A DNA stretch of 50,368 nt from the NCBI GenBank assembly GCA_030831725.1, contig JAURKN010000112.1, forward strand, positions 1 to 50,368, in the 5' to 3' direction. The position numbers and the translations under genes were made by a program. The stretch's first letter is position 1; each line of letters starts with the position of its first letter. The notes under the pieces were generated by a model. It had not been told where the DNA came from. It worked only from the letters and a program-made list of their open reading frames with translations, and made no database searches. The stretch comes from Ferruginibacter sp. (GTDB lineage Bacteria; Bacteroidota; Bacteroidia; Chitinophagales; Chitinophagaceae). Shown here in pieces: positions 1 through 8,409 of this stretch.

Positions 1-561
1 ATTTTTGATTACCCAAGCAGCATCTACGAAACACAACTTGCAAAATTGCTTTCTACGCCAATTGGAAAAATCAGATCTGAACTATCCGATCTGCATCGAA
101 ACCGCATCATCAGATACGAACCCGCACCTGAAAAGCCCCAAATGTTGTTGTTGATGAATCGAATGTACCGAGACGACTTGCGATTCAATATTCCCGCACT
201 AAAAGCCAGAAAACAAAAACATCTTGAAAGGATAAAGGCAATCACCGACTTTGTGAAAAACCAAACGGAATGTAGAAGTGTGTTTATTGGAAAATACTTC
301 AATGATAGCCAAATCAAAAACTGCGGAAAATGTGATGTATGCACCGAAAAGAAGAGTAAAGCGAAAATAAATACCGATGTGCTTCAGCTTCAAATAATGA
401 AGTTGCTGGATGATTGGATTATTTTTGAAGATTTGGTTGCATCAATCGGACAGGAGTACAGGGCCGAAATCCTTACCATTTGCAGATTACTCATTCAAAA
501 CGGAGCTGTTGAAGAGGATGAATGGGGTAAATTGAAAACAAAAAAAAAGGGACCAAGATAA
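1..561 (+). CDS. recQ: RecQ-family DNA helicase, C-terminal part (5' truncated)
   Basis: Frame is open from base 1. It carries the RecQ zinc-binding signature ECRS..IGKYF....NCGKCDVC followed by a short winged-helix-like tail. Confidence 0.85.
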   Translation: MFDYPSSIYETQLAKLLSTPIGKIRSELSDLHRNRIIRYEPAPEKPQMLLLMNRMYRDDLRFNIPALKARKQKHLERIKAITDFVKNQTECRSVFIGKYFNDSQIKNCGKCDVCTEKKSKAKINTDVLQLQIMKLLDDWIIFEDLVASIGQEYRAEILTICRLLIQNGAVEEDEWGKLKTKKKGPR

Positions 562-573
562 AAATCTAGTCCC
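541..573 (-). terminator. Intrinsic terminator of candidate sRNA copy 1; overlaps the recQ stop
   Basis: GC-rich stem at 549-573 with a G-U pair on the minus strand, followed by at least 8 U. Confidence 0.75.
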
Positions 574-604
574 GCTTTAAAATCCAATATCCTATGAAAA
601 ACCG
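541..604 (-). ncRNA. Candidate small RNA, copy 1 of a paralogous pair
   Basis: Minus strand reads TATCTTTG (-7 element, 615-608), then CGGTTTTTCATAGGATATTGGATTTTAAAGC, hairpin GGGACTAGAT-TTTT-ATCTTGGTCCC and a T-run. 61/64 nt are identical to the copy at 10010-10073. Ends are approximate. Confidence 0.7.
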
Positions 605-607
605 AAA

Positions 608-615
608 CAAAGATA
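608..615 (-). promoter_or_regulatory. Bacteroidota -7 promoter element TATCTTTG
   Basis: Exact TAnnTTTG match immediately upstream of the conserved repeat. Confidence 0.65.
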
Positions 616-762
616 GTTTGATTTTTCTGAATTGTACAGAATAGTAATGAAAATTATTAAAACTTAACATTGAAGGTTTGTAATTTTGTAACGATGATTT
701 GCATGTTGACCTTCAATGGATTACACTTGACGAGTTGAAGAATCTCATCTGAAATGAACGGT

Positions 763-1707
763 ATGAAAATTAAAATAATCCTCTTTTTATCATTGGCCAT
801 TTCCTTTTTTGTGTTCAGTTCTTCTGAATCATCTCAAAAAAAATATTCAAAAGAAAAATTGGGAGAATTCCTGTTCAATGAAAAATCGTTATCTCTCGAT
901 TCAACCGTGAGTTGCGCCAGTTGTCACAAACCGGAATTCGCTTTTTCTGATACCAGCGCTTTCAGCATTGGCATAGGTGGCAAACTCACTAAAAGGAATA
1001 CTCCATCTGTTTTGAACATGAAGAACCGTCCTTATTATTTCTGGGATGGGCGTGCTTCAACTTTGGCGCAGCAATCCCTCATGCCCATTCAGAATCCGGA
1101 TGAAATGAACCTAAGCATTCGTGAAGCCGTAAGAAGACTGAATGAAAACGAATTTTATGTGCATTATTTCAAAAAGGTTTTTAACCGCAAGCCGGATAGC
1201 ATGAGTCTGGCAAAAGCTTTTGAAGCATATGAAAAAACGCTTGAAACAGTTGACAGCAAATTTGATGACTGGGGTGAAAATAAATTGGAACTTTCTGCGC
1301 AAGAAGAAAGGGGAAGAAAAGTTTTTCTCAGCGAAAAATCCCGTTGCTTCGATTGTCATTTTCTTGTCGATTTCACCAACGACGACTTTAAAAACATCGG
1401 GCTATTCAATGGAATTCTGTTGAATGACAAAGGAAGATTCAACATCACCAATAATCCGGATGACTTAGGTAAATTCAAAACGCCTGGTTTGAGAAACATA
1501 GCCGTTACGGCACCATACATGCATAATGGTATGTTCAAAACGCTGGAAGAGGTTGTCGACTACTACAATGATCCTGCAGCTTTTGTGCCTAACAGGATAA
1601 ACATCGACTCCACGCTCATGAAACCACTTGGACTGAGTCCTATGGAAAAAGCAGATCTGGTGGCCTTTCTGAAAACATTGACAGATAAGAAATTTGTAAA
1701 AAACTGA
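763..1707 (+). CDS. Periplasmic di-heme cytochrome c peroxidase-family protein (MauG/MbnH-like)
   Basis: Signal peptide; CASCH and CFDCH heme motifs; RNTPS, FWDGRA, FKTPGLRNIAVTAPYMHNG. Alternative start at 754. Confidence 0.9.
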   Translation: MKIKIILFLSLAISFFVFSSSESSQKKYSKEKLGEFLFNEKSLSLDSTVSCASCHKPEFAFSDTSAFSIGIGGKLTKRNTPSVLNMKNRPYYFWDGRASTLAQQSLMPIQNPDEMNLSIREAVRRLNENEFYVHYFKKVFNRKPDSMSLAKAFEAYEKTLETVDSKFDDWGENKLELSAQEERGRKVFLSEKSRCFDCHFLVDFTNDDFKNIGLFNGILLNDKGRFNITNNPDDLGKFKTPGLRNIAVTAPYMHNGMFKTLEEVVDYYNDPAAFVPNRINIDSTLMKPLGLSPMEKADLVAFLKTLTDKKFVKN

Positions 1708-1834
1708 GTCTTGTCATAACAAATATCAACTTCATTCATTTACTTGCCTCTTTTTCCTTTAACAAAAAATTAGTTCCGAATTTATCGCATTATGTAACCA
1801 TTGCCCTAATTTGGAGTTACTAAAACAATTCATC

Positions 1835-2533
1835 ATGGAAACAACAAAAACCAAAGTGCTGCTGTGCGAAGATGATACCAATCTTGGCATGGTTCTCAAA
1901 AACTATCTGGAACTACATGACTTCGACGTCACCCTGGAAAGAGACGGCCGCTTGGGTTTGGCTGCTTTCCAACGTGAAAAATACGACATCTGTCTGCTAG
2001 ACGTCATGATGCCGAACATGGACGGATTTCAGGTGGCTGAAGAAATTCGCGACATCAATCCCGATGTGCCTCTTTTCTTTCTGAGTGCGAAAACGATGAA
2101 GGAAGACATCATCCAGGGATATAAACTCGGAGCGGATGATTATATCACCAAGCCTTTTGACAGTGAGGTTTTGCTTCACAAGATCAAGGCGATCATCAAA
2201 AGAAACGAAGAAGTTCATCGAGAAGAAGCCAATGCCGAATTCGATCTGGGAAAATATCATTTCAATCCCCGTTTACGCGAATTGAGTTTTGATGGAAAAA
2301 TGCAGACGCTTTCTCCAAAAGAAAATGAGTTGTTGAAAATGCTGGCTGAATACAAGAACGACCTGCTTCCCAGAGAAGCGGCCCTTAAGAGAATCTGGGG
2401 CAGCGACACCTATTTCAATGGAAGAAGCATGGACGTGTATATTGCCAAGCTCAGAAAATACCTGAAAGAAGACTCAAAACTGGAAATCGTGAACATCCAC
2501 GGAAATGGTTTCCGACTTGTAGTTACAGAATAA
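1835..2533 (+). CDS. rprY: OmpR-family response regulator, RprY-like
   Basis: Receiver domain (EDD, LLDVMMP, ADDYITKPF) plus winged helix (RSMDVYIAKLRKYL, NIHGNGFRL). Confidence 0.85.
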   Translation: METTKTKVLLCEDDTNLGMVLKNYLELHDFDVTLERDGRLGLAAFQREKYDICLLDVMMPNMDGFQVAEEIRDINPDVPLFFLSAKTMKEDIIQGYKLGADDYITKPFDSEVLLHKIKAIIKRNEEVHREEANAEFDLGKYHFNPRLRELSFDGKMQTLSPKENELLKMLAEYKNDLLPREAALKRIWGSDTYFNGRSMDVYIAKLRKYLKEDSKLEIVNIHGNGFRLVVTE

Positions 2534-2542
2534 TTCAGATCC

Positions 2543-3580
2543 CTACCCGCTGAAGAGATCAAAACCAGTGCCGCCTTTGTGCGGCACTTTTCCTAAATGG
2601 CGAAATGCTTTTTCAGTTGCCTCTCTGCCTCGCGGTGTTCTCATGATGAATCCTTCCGCAATCAAAAAAGGTTCATATACTTCCTCAAGCGTATCGGATT
2701 CCTCACCAACAGCCGTAGCAATTGTGGTCAATCCAACCGGTCCGCCTTTGAATTTTTCAATGATGGCACTAAGAATACGGTTGTCCATCTCATCTAGTCC
2801 ATGTTCATCCACATTCAATGCCTTTAGTGCATGAACGGTAATTTCCAAATCAATCACTCCTGTTCCCAGAACCTGAGCAAAATCGCGCACCCTTCTCAAC
2901 AAACCATTTGCGATTCTCGGTGTTCCCCGGCTTCTTCTGGCAATCTCAAACGCCGCATCTGTATTGATTTTAGTCTGAAGAATGTTCGCACTGCGAATCA
3001 AAATATTCTTCAAGGTTTCTGAAGAATAATATTCCAATCTCGATTTGATGCCGAATCTTGACAACAAAGGAGATGTGAGTAGGCCACTTCTTGTTGTTGC
3101 ACCGATCAGGGTGAAAGGATTGAGGGAAAGCTGTACGCTTCTCGCATTGGGGCCGCTGTCAATCATGATGTCTATCCGGAAATCTTCCATCGCGGCGTAC
3201 AAGTATTCTTCCACCACCGTGCTCAAGCGATGGATCTCATCGATGAATAAAACGTCATTGGGTTCCAAATTGGTCAGCAAACCCGCTAAATCACCTGGCT
3301 TTTCTATGACTGGTCCTGAAGTTTCTTTGATATTGACCCCCATTTCGTTGGCAACGATTCTGGACAAGGTGGTTTTTCCGAGTCCGGGTGGTCCGTGGAA
3401 CAACACATGGTCCAAAGCTTCACCCCTGAGCTTCGAAGCGCGGATGAAAATGGTCAGATTCTCAATGATCTGTGCCTGCCCGCTGAAATCCTGTATGTAG
3501 CCGGGACGAATATTGTTTTCAAATTCCTTGTCGGGCGAACTCAGGATGTTTTTGGGATTGTTGGGATCGGAAGTGGACAT
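2543..3580 (-). CDS. ruvB: Holliday junction branch migration helicase RuvB
   Basis: [39 protein letters not shown]. Confidence 0.98.
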   Translation of the reverse strand: MSTSDPNNPKNILSSPDKEFENNIRPGYIQDFSGQAQIIENLTIFIRASKLRGEALDHVLFHGPPGLGKTTLSRIVANEMGVNIKETSGPVIEKPGDLAGLLTNLEPNDVLFIDEIHRLSTVVEEYLYAAMEDFRIDIMIDSGPNARSVQLSLNPFTLIGATTRSGLLTSPLLSRFGIKSRLEYYSSETLKNILIRSANILQTKINTDAAFEIARRSRGTPRIANGLLRRVRDFAQVLGTGVIDLEITVHALKALNVDEHGLDEMDNRILSAIIEKFKGGPVGLTTIATAVGEESDTLEEVYEPFLIAEGFIMRTPRGREATEKAFRHLGKVPHKGGTGFDLFSG

Positions 3581-3729
3581 ATAAAAGTTGTACGTTAAAA
3601 TTAATCATTTTCGGGCAATGAAATCATCATCCCCAAAACCAGTAGGAGATTATGCCTTTGGTACACGCATTTGGCCCTTCATACATTCAAAACAAGGTTG
3701 ATTGAAGAATTGAATTTAGATTTACACCA

Positions 3730-4788
3730 ATGAAGCTGAAAAAGAATTTTATCTATTGGAGCTGTCAGATCGGAGGATGGTCTGCCATGGCCTTCATATC
3801 CATTTTTCTGGGTTCTTTGTTCGGGACCCCGGAGTTTTTGTTTTTCGTGAGCACGATTTTAACCTGTGTAGTTGGCATTTTCGTCACCCACCTCATGCGT
3901 TTCGCGATAATCCGGACGAATATCCTATTGAAGCCCATAGGCAAACAAGTCATCTATCTCCTTTTATTCACAGTTGTGTTTTCTTTCTTATTGGTAGTCG
4001 TGAGCGAGATCATCGACAGAATTCTTGATTATGTGCCACAGAGATGGGAAAATATCAGTTTGGTCAGAAAATTATTTATCGGCTTGTTCAACAGCGTATG
4101 GCTTTTGTTGATTTGGAATCTACTTTATGGTTTTTATCATTTTGTGGAAAAATCCAGAAGACAACAAATGAACACACTTCGTTTGGAAGCTACCGTAAAA
4201 TCCCTGGAACTTAAGACCATCAAGGCACATATCAATCCTCATTTCATTTTCAACGCCTTGAACAGTATTCGTGCTCTGGTGGATGAGAATCCTGAAAGAG
4301 CCAGAAATGCGATAACGGCATTGAGCAGCATACTACGGAGCAGCATGCTCGCCGAAAAAATGGAAATCGTTTCTCTGAAACAGGAAATCGAAATCGTGAA
4401 AGACTATCTGGGATTGGAACAAATTCGTTTTGAGGAAAGATTGAAAGTGGAAATTTCACTTGACGAAGCGAGTCAAGATCTTCCCATACCCACCATGATG
4501 TTGCAAACATTAGTGGAAAATGCGATCAAACATGGAATTAGCAAACAGGTAAATGGAGGAATCGTCAGAATATCTTCAACCGTATCAGATGGTTATTTTG
4601 AAGTGAAAGTGGAAAACACCGGAATGCTCAATCAAAACCTACCCGGGAAAGATGGTGGTTTCGGTCTAAAAAGTACAAATGACCGACTGGCACTGCTGTA
4701 TGATGAAAAAGCGAAGTTCAGCATGACGGAAGACCCGACGAATAAAATGGTGATTTGCAAAATCATTCTGCCAATAGATTCTAATTGA
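3730..4788 (+). CDS. LytS/YehU-type membrane sensor histidine kinase
   Basis: About four N-terminal TM segments; INPHFIFNALNSI, LQTLVENAIKHG, GFGL. Confidence 0.93.
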   Translation: MKLKKNFIYWSCQIGGWSAMAFISIFLGSLFGTPEFLFFVSTILTCVVGIFVTHLMRFAIIRTNILLKPIGKQVIYLLLFTVVFSFLLVVVSEIIDRILDYVPQRWENISLVRKLFIGLFNSVWLLLIWNLLYGFYHFVEKSRRQQMNTLRLEATVKSLELKTIKAHINPHFIFNALNSIRALVDENPERARNAITALSSILRSSMLAEKMEIVSLKQEIEIVKDYLGLEQIRFEERLKVEISLDEASQDLPIPTMMLQTLVENAIKHGISKQVNGGIVRISSTVSDGYFEVKVENTGMLNQNLPGKDGGFGLKSTNDRLALLYDEKAKFSMTEDPTNKMVICKIILPIDSN

Positions 4789-4805
4789 TTCAAAATAGCA
4801 TCCAC

Positions 4806-5534
4806 ATGTACAAAGCACTGATCATCGACGATGAAAGACTGGCAAGGTCCGAATTAAAGAAAATGTTGTCCGCATTTCAAGACATCGAAATTGTAGCAGA
4901 GGCGGCGAATGCAGGTGAAGGATTGGAAAAAATAGAATCCTTGCAGCCAGACCTCATCTTTCTGGATATCCAAATGCCTGATAAGACAGGTTTCGAACTG
5001 TTACAAGAATTAGACAGGTCGCCAAAAGTGATTTTCACCACCGCATATGATGAATTCGCTTTGAAAGCATTCGAATTCAATGCCCTTGATTATTTACTGA
5101 AGCCAATCGATAAAAAAAGACTCTCCGACTCCATTCAAAAATTGATTCTCGCAGAAGAGAAAGAAGCCACGGCTGTTTCATACGTCAACAGAAATATCCT
5201 CACCGAAAACGATCAGGTTTTTGTGAAAGATGGAGAAAAATGCTGGTTTGTAAAACTATCTGAAGTTAGATTGTTTGAGAGTGCAGGAAACTACGCAAAG
5301 GTTTTTTTTGGACCCAACAAACCGCTTATTTTGAAATCGCTGAATGCGCTGGAAGAAAGACTCGATGAAAAAACATTTTTCAGGGCAAACAGAAAGCATA
5401 TCATCAACATGCGCATGATCGTGAAAGTTGAACCCTATTTCAACAATGGACTGATGCTTGAATTGCAAGGCGGCGATAAAATTGAAGTCAGCAGAAGACA
5501 GTCTGTAAAATTCAGGGAAATGATGAGTCTGTAA
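4806..5534 (+). CDS. LytTR-family response regulator
   Basis: IIDDE, FLDIQMP, FTTAYDEFA, DYLLKP; LytTR domain FFRANRKHIIN and EVSRR. Directly follows the kinase gene. Confidence 0.95.
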   Translation: MYKALIIDDERLARSELKKMLSAFQDIEIVAEAANAGEGLEKIESLQPDLIFLDIQMPDKTGFELLQELDRSPKVIFTTAYDEFALKAFEFNALDYLLKPIDKKRLSDSIQKLILAEEKEATAVSYVNRNILTENDQVFVKDGEKCWFVKLSEVRLFESAGNYAKVFFGPNKPLILKSLNALEERLDEKTFFRANRKHIINMRMIVKVEPYFNNGLMLELQGGDKIEVSRRQSVKFREMMSL

Positions 5535-5543
5535 TCAAATCTG

Positions 5544-5597
5544 CATTATCATTATCATCATCATCATCAATCACTAATTACAAATCACTAATCATTA
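5544..5597. repeat. Low-complexity intergenic repeat, (CAT/TAT)n and AATCACTAAT units
   Basis: cattatcattatcatcatcatcatcaatcactaattacaaatcactaatcatta. Confidence 0.6.
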
Positions 5598-5613
5598 ATA
5601 GATTTTGGCAATT

Positions 5614-6276
5614 ATGACTCCAAAAAATGTACTCATAACCGGCACCAATGGAATGATCGGCCATGAGGTCCTACAACTTTGTTTGGCGTCGAATGAGTTG
5701 GAAAGCATCACCAGTATCACTCGAAAAGCCTTGATTCAAGAGTCCCCAAAATTGAAACAGATCATACATGCGGACATGTTGAACTTGGGACCGATAGAAC
5801 ATCAATTGAAAGATGTTGATGTTGTATTTTTTTGTTTGGGCGCCTACACCGGATCTGTCAGCAATGAAGAACTGTATAAGATAACGGTGGACATCACACG
5901 AAGTTTTACCGATTTGATAGTCAAATTGAATCCTGATGTGCAGTTTTGTTTTTTAAGCGGACAAGGTGCGGATTCCACCGAAACCAGCAAGGTGCCGTTT
6001 GCCAGGGCAAAGGGAATGGCTGAAAATCACTTGTTACAATCCGGAATTAAAAACATATTCATATTCCGACCCGGATATATTTACCCTGTAGTGAAGCGGA
6101 AAGAGCCCAATATGCTTTATCGTTTTTTCAGGGTCATTTACCCCATCCTATCATTGATTTATCCCAACATCGGCCTGGAATCCCAAACATTGGCCAAGGC
6201 TATGTTCATCGCAGGGTTACATAAAAATGGAAAAGAGATTTTTGAAAACAGGGAGATAAAAATACTGGCAAAATAA
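5614..6276 (+). CDS. NAD(P)H-binding atypical SDR / epimerase-like protein
   Basis: ITGTNGMIG Rossmann motif, FCLG, FLSGQGAD, KGMAE, IFRPGYI. Confidence 0.85.
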   Translation: MTPKNVLITGTNGMIGHEVLQLCLASNELESITSITRKALIQESPKLKQIIHADMLNLGPIEHQLKDVDVVFFCLGAYTGSVSNEELYKITVDITRSFTDLIVKLNPDVQFCFLSGQGADSTETSKVPFARAKGMAENHLLQSGIKNIFIFRPGYIYPVVKRKEPNMLYRFFRVIYPILSLIYPNIGLESQTLAKAMFIAGLHKNGKEIFENREIKILAK

Positions 6277-6288
6277 GGAACTTAAAAA

Positions 6289-7047
6289 TCAAATGGATGC
6301 CAGATTCAATGAGTGCACCGCGTTTGAAATATCCATGATCAATGAGCGATCTTTTTCAATGGCATTACCTACGACAATGATATCTGCACCGGCTTTTGAA
6401 CTTTGATATGCCTGTTCCGGACTTACAATTCCACCTCCAACAATCAAAGGGATGTTGATGGACTGTGAAACACGTTGGATCAGTTCTGCAGAAACCGGAC
6501 GCCTCGCTCCGCTACCGGCATCCATATAAATCAATTTCATACCCAGCATCTCTCCTGCCATAGCGGTACACATCGCGATGTCCGACTTATCGGATGGCAA
6601 AGGACTCGCATTGCTGATATAAGAAACAGTGGTCGGCGCCCCGCCATCAACAACCATATATCCGGTCGACATTACTTCCAATCCGCTCTGTTTCACAAAA
6701 GGCGCAGATATAACATGCTGACCAATGAGCAACTCAGGATTTCTTCCGCTGATAAGGGATAAATACAAAAGCGCATCCGCTTTTCGAGTAAGCTGCGAAG
6801 GACTACCCGGAAAAAGTATAACAGGAATGTCGGTATTGCTCTTGATGTTTTCCACGCAGGATTCCAGATAGTCTGAAACCACCAAACTTCCACCAACAAA
6901 AAAGTAATCTACTTTGGCTGATTCTGCCAATTCAATCAATTGGGAAAGCGATTCGGCATTCATCTTGTCGGGATCCACCAAAACGGCAAAAGACTTCCTC
7001 TTCTGAAGCTTTTCATTTGTCATATTTTGATAAATCCCCTTATTCAT
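6289..7047 (-). CDS. Geranylgeranylglyceryl/heptaprenylglyceryl phosphate synthase (PcrB family, group II-like)
   Basis: VLVDPDK, FVGGS, ILFPG, SLISGRNPELLIG, YMDAGSGA, VGGGI, VVGNAIE. Confidence 0.93.
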   Translation of the reverse strand: MNKGIYQNMTNEKLQKRKSFAVLVDPDKMNAESLSQLIELAESAKVDYFFVGGSLVVSDYLESCVENIKSNTDIPVILFPGSPSQLTRKADALLYLSLISGRNPELLIGQHVISAPFVKQSGLEVMSTGYMVVDGGAPTTVSYISNASPLPSDKSDIAMCTAMAGEMLGMKLIYMDAGSGARRPVSAELIQRVSQSINIPLIVGGGIVSPEQAYQSSKAGADIIVVGNAIEKDRSLIMDISNAVHSLNLASI

Positions 7048-7303
7048 GCGTTTGCCTTATTCCTGCAAAAATGTGCTTTTTTTCGCGCACAACGAAATAT
7101 TAGGAAAACCGAATCTCGTAAGCTCTGAAAAAAAGAGGAAATTAACACTATTGAGCAGGTTTCGTTGCAATAAAAACAAACACAAACAGCCATTAAAGGA
7201 AATACCCTCCGTCAAATCACTCGTTTTTAACAAAAGGCAGCTGATTCTATCACAATCATGAACGATTTTTGTATCCCGGTTTCCGATTTTCTACCTTTAT
7301 CTT

Positions 7304-8365
7304 TTGAAAACAAGAATCACCATATCTACATTACTTCTGATTTGCCTTTCGGCACTTTTAATAGGCTCCGAGTCCGCCATTTCGTTCGAACAACATCCAA
7401 TCCCTTTCAAAACACCCAAAGGATGGCCCAAGCCCGTCTACAAATTCAAAAACAACAAACTGACGGAAGAGGGATTTGAACTCGGAAAAAAATTGTTTTA
7501 TGACGGACGACTCAGCAAAAACGGAGAATTCAGCTGCGGTTCTTGTCACCAGCCCTTCGCCGCTTTCGCCCATTTCGACCACGACCTCAGCCATGGCGTG
7601 AATGACCAGCTCAGCACCAGGAACGCGCCAGCCATCATCAATGTGGCATGGATGAAAGAGATGCATTGGGACGGAGCCATCAATCATATCGAAGTACAAC
7701 CACTCGCTCCGATAACCCATCCTTCAGAAATGGGAGAACAACTCGATTCCGTATTGCAAAAACTCAAAAACGATACATCTTATGTCCGCATGTTCAAAGA
7801 AGCATTCGGAAGCCCGGAAATCAACAGCCAACGCATGCTCAGAGCGCTGACTCAATTCGTAGCCTCATTGGTGAGCTCGAACAGTAAGTTTGATCGATAT
7901 AAGCGCGGTGAAACAAAACTTACAGACTATGAACTGAAAGGATATCAACACTTCAAAACACATTGCTCATCCTGTCATAAAGAACCCCTGTTCACCGACA
8001 ACGAGTTTCACAACAACGGACAAAAGCTGAACCGTTTCAATGATCTTGGAAGGATGAAAGTAACCGGGAATGTGGCAGACTCACTCAAGTTTAAGACCCC
8101 GACTTTAAGAAATGTCCAAATCACATATCCATACATGCACGACGGGCATATCTATTCCCTTTCTCAGGTAATTGAACATTATACCCGTAGCATCGATACC
8201 TTGAATACCGCCCTTGATCCGGCTCTCAGAAAAAAAATCAACTTGTCTAAAAAAGAAAAAATGGAGCTGGTTTATTTTCTTTACACCCTCACTGACAGTT
8301 CACTCATCAACAATCCCAGATTTGCCGCACCACGACCACTGACTAAAGGACATGATCACCGCTGA
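7304..8365 (+). CDS. Second periplasmic di-heme cytochrome c peroxidase-family protein (MbnH/MauG-like)
   Basis: TTG start, signal peptide; LGKKLFYD, CGSCH, RNAP, HWDG, CSSCH, FKTPTLRN, PYMHDG. Confidence 0.9.
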   Translation: MKTRITISTLLLICLSALLIGSESAISFEQHPIPFKTPKGWPKPVYKFKNNKLTEEGFELGKKLFYDGRLSKNGEFSCGSCHQPFAAFAHFDHDLSHGVNDQLSTRNAPAIINVAWMKEMHWDGAINHIEVQPLAPITHPSEMGEQLDSVLQKLKNDTSYVRMFKEAFGSPEINSQRMLRALTQFVASLVSSNSKFDRYKRGETKLTDYELKGYQHFKTHCSSCHKEPLFTDNEFHNNGQKLNRFNDLGRMKVTGNVADSLKFKTPTLRNVQITYPYMHDGHIYSLSQVIEHYTRSIDTLNTALDPALRKKINLSKKEKMELVYFLYTLTDSSLINNPRFAAPRPLTKGHDHR

Positions 8366-8409
8366 GCATTGAAAAATAGGGTGTAAATTACAGCCAAACT
8401 TAATTTCAG

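Noticed and set aside
594-644. Plus-strand mini-ORFs from the repeat's ATG: MKNRNKDSLIFLNCTE (594-644) and MKNRSEDKLVFWFSSFQVWSIDIRVV (10061-10141), read as leader peptides or type I toxins
   Set aside because: The lengths differ and similarity ends after the opposite-strand promoter. G-U pairing, the U-tract and the promoter all point to a minus-strand RNA. Ribo-seq would be needed to exclude translation fully.
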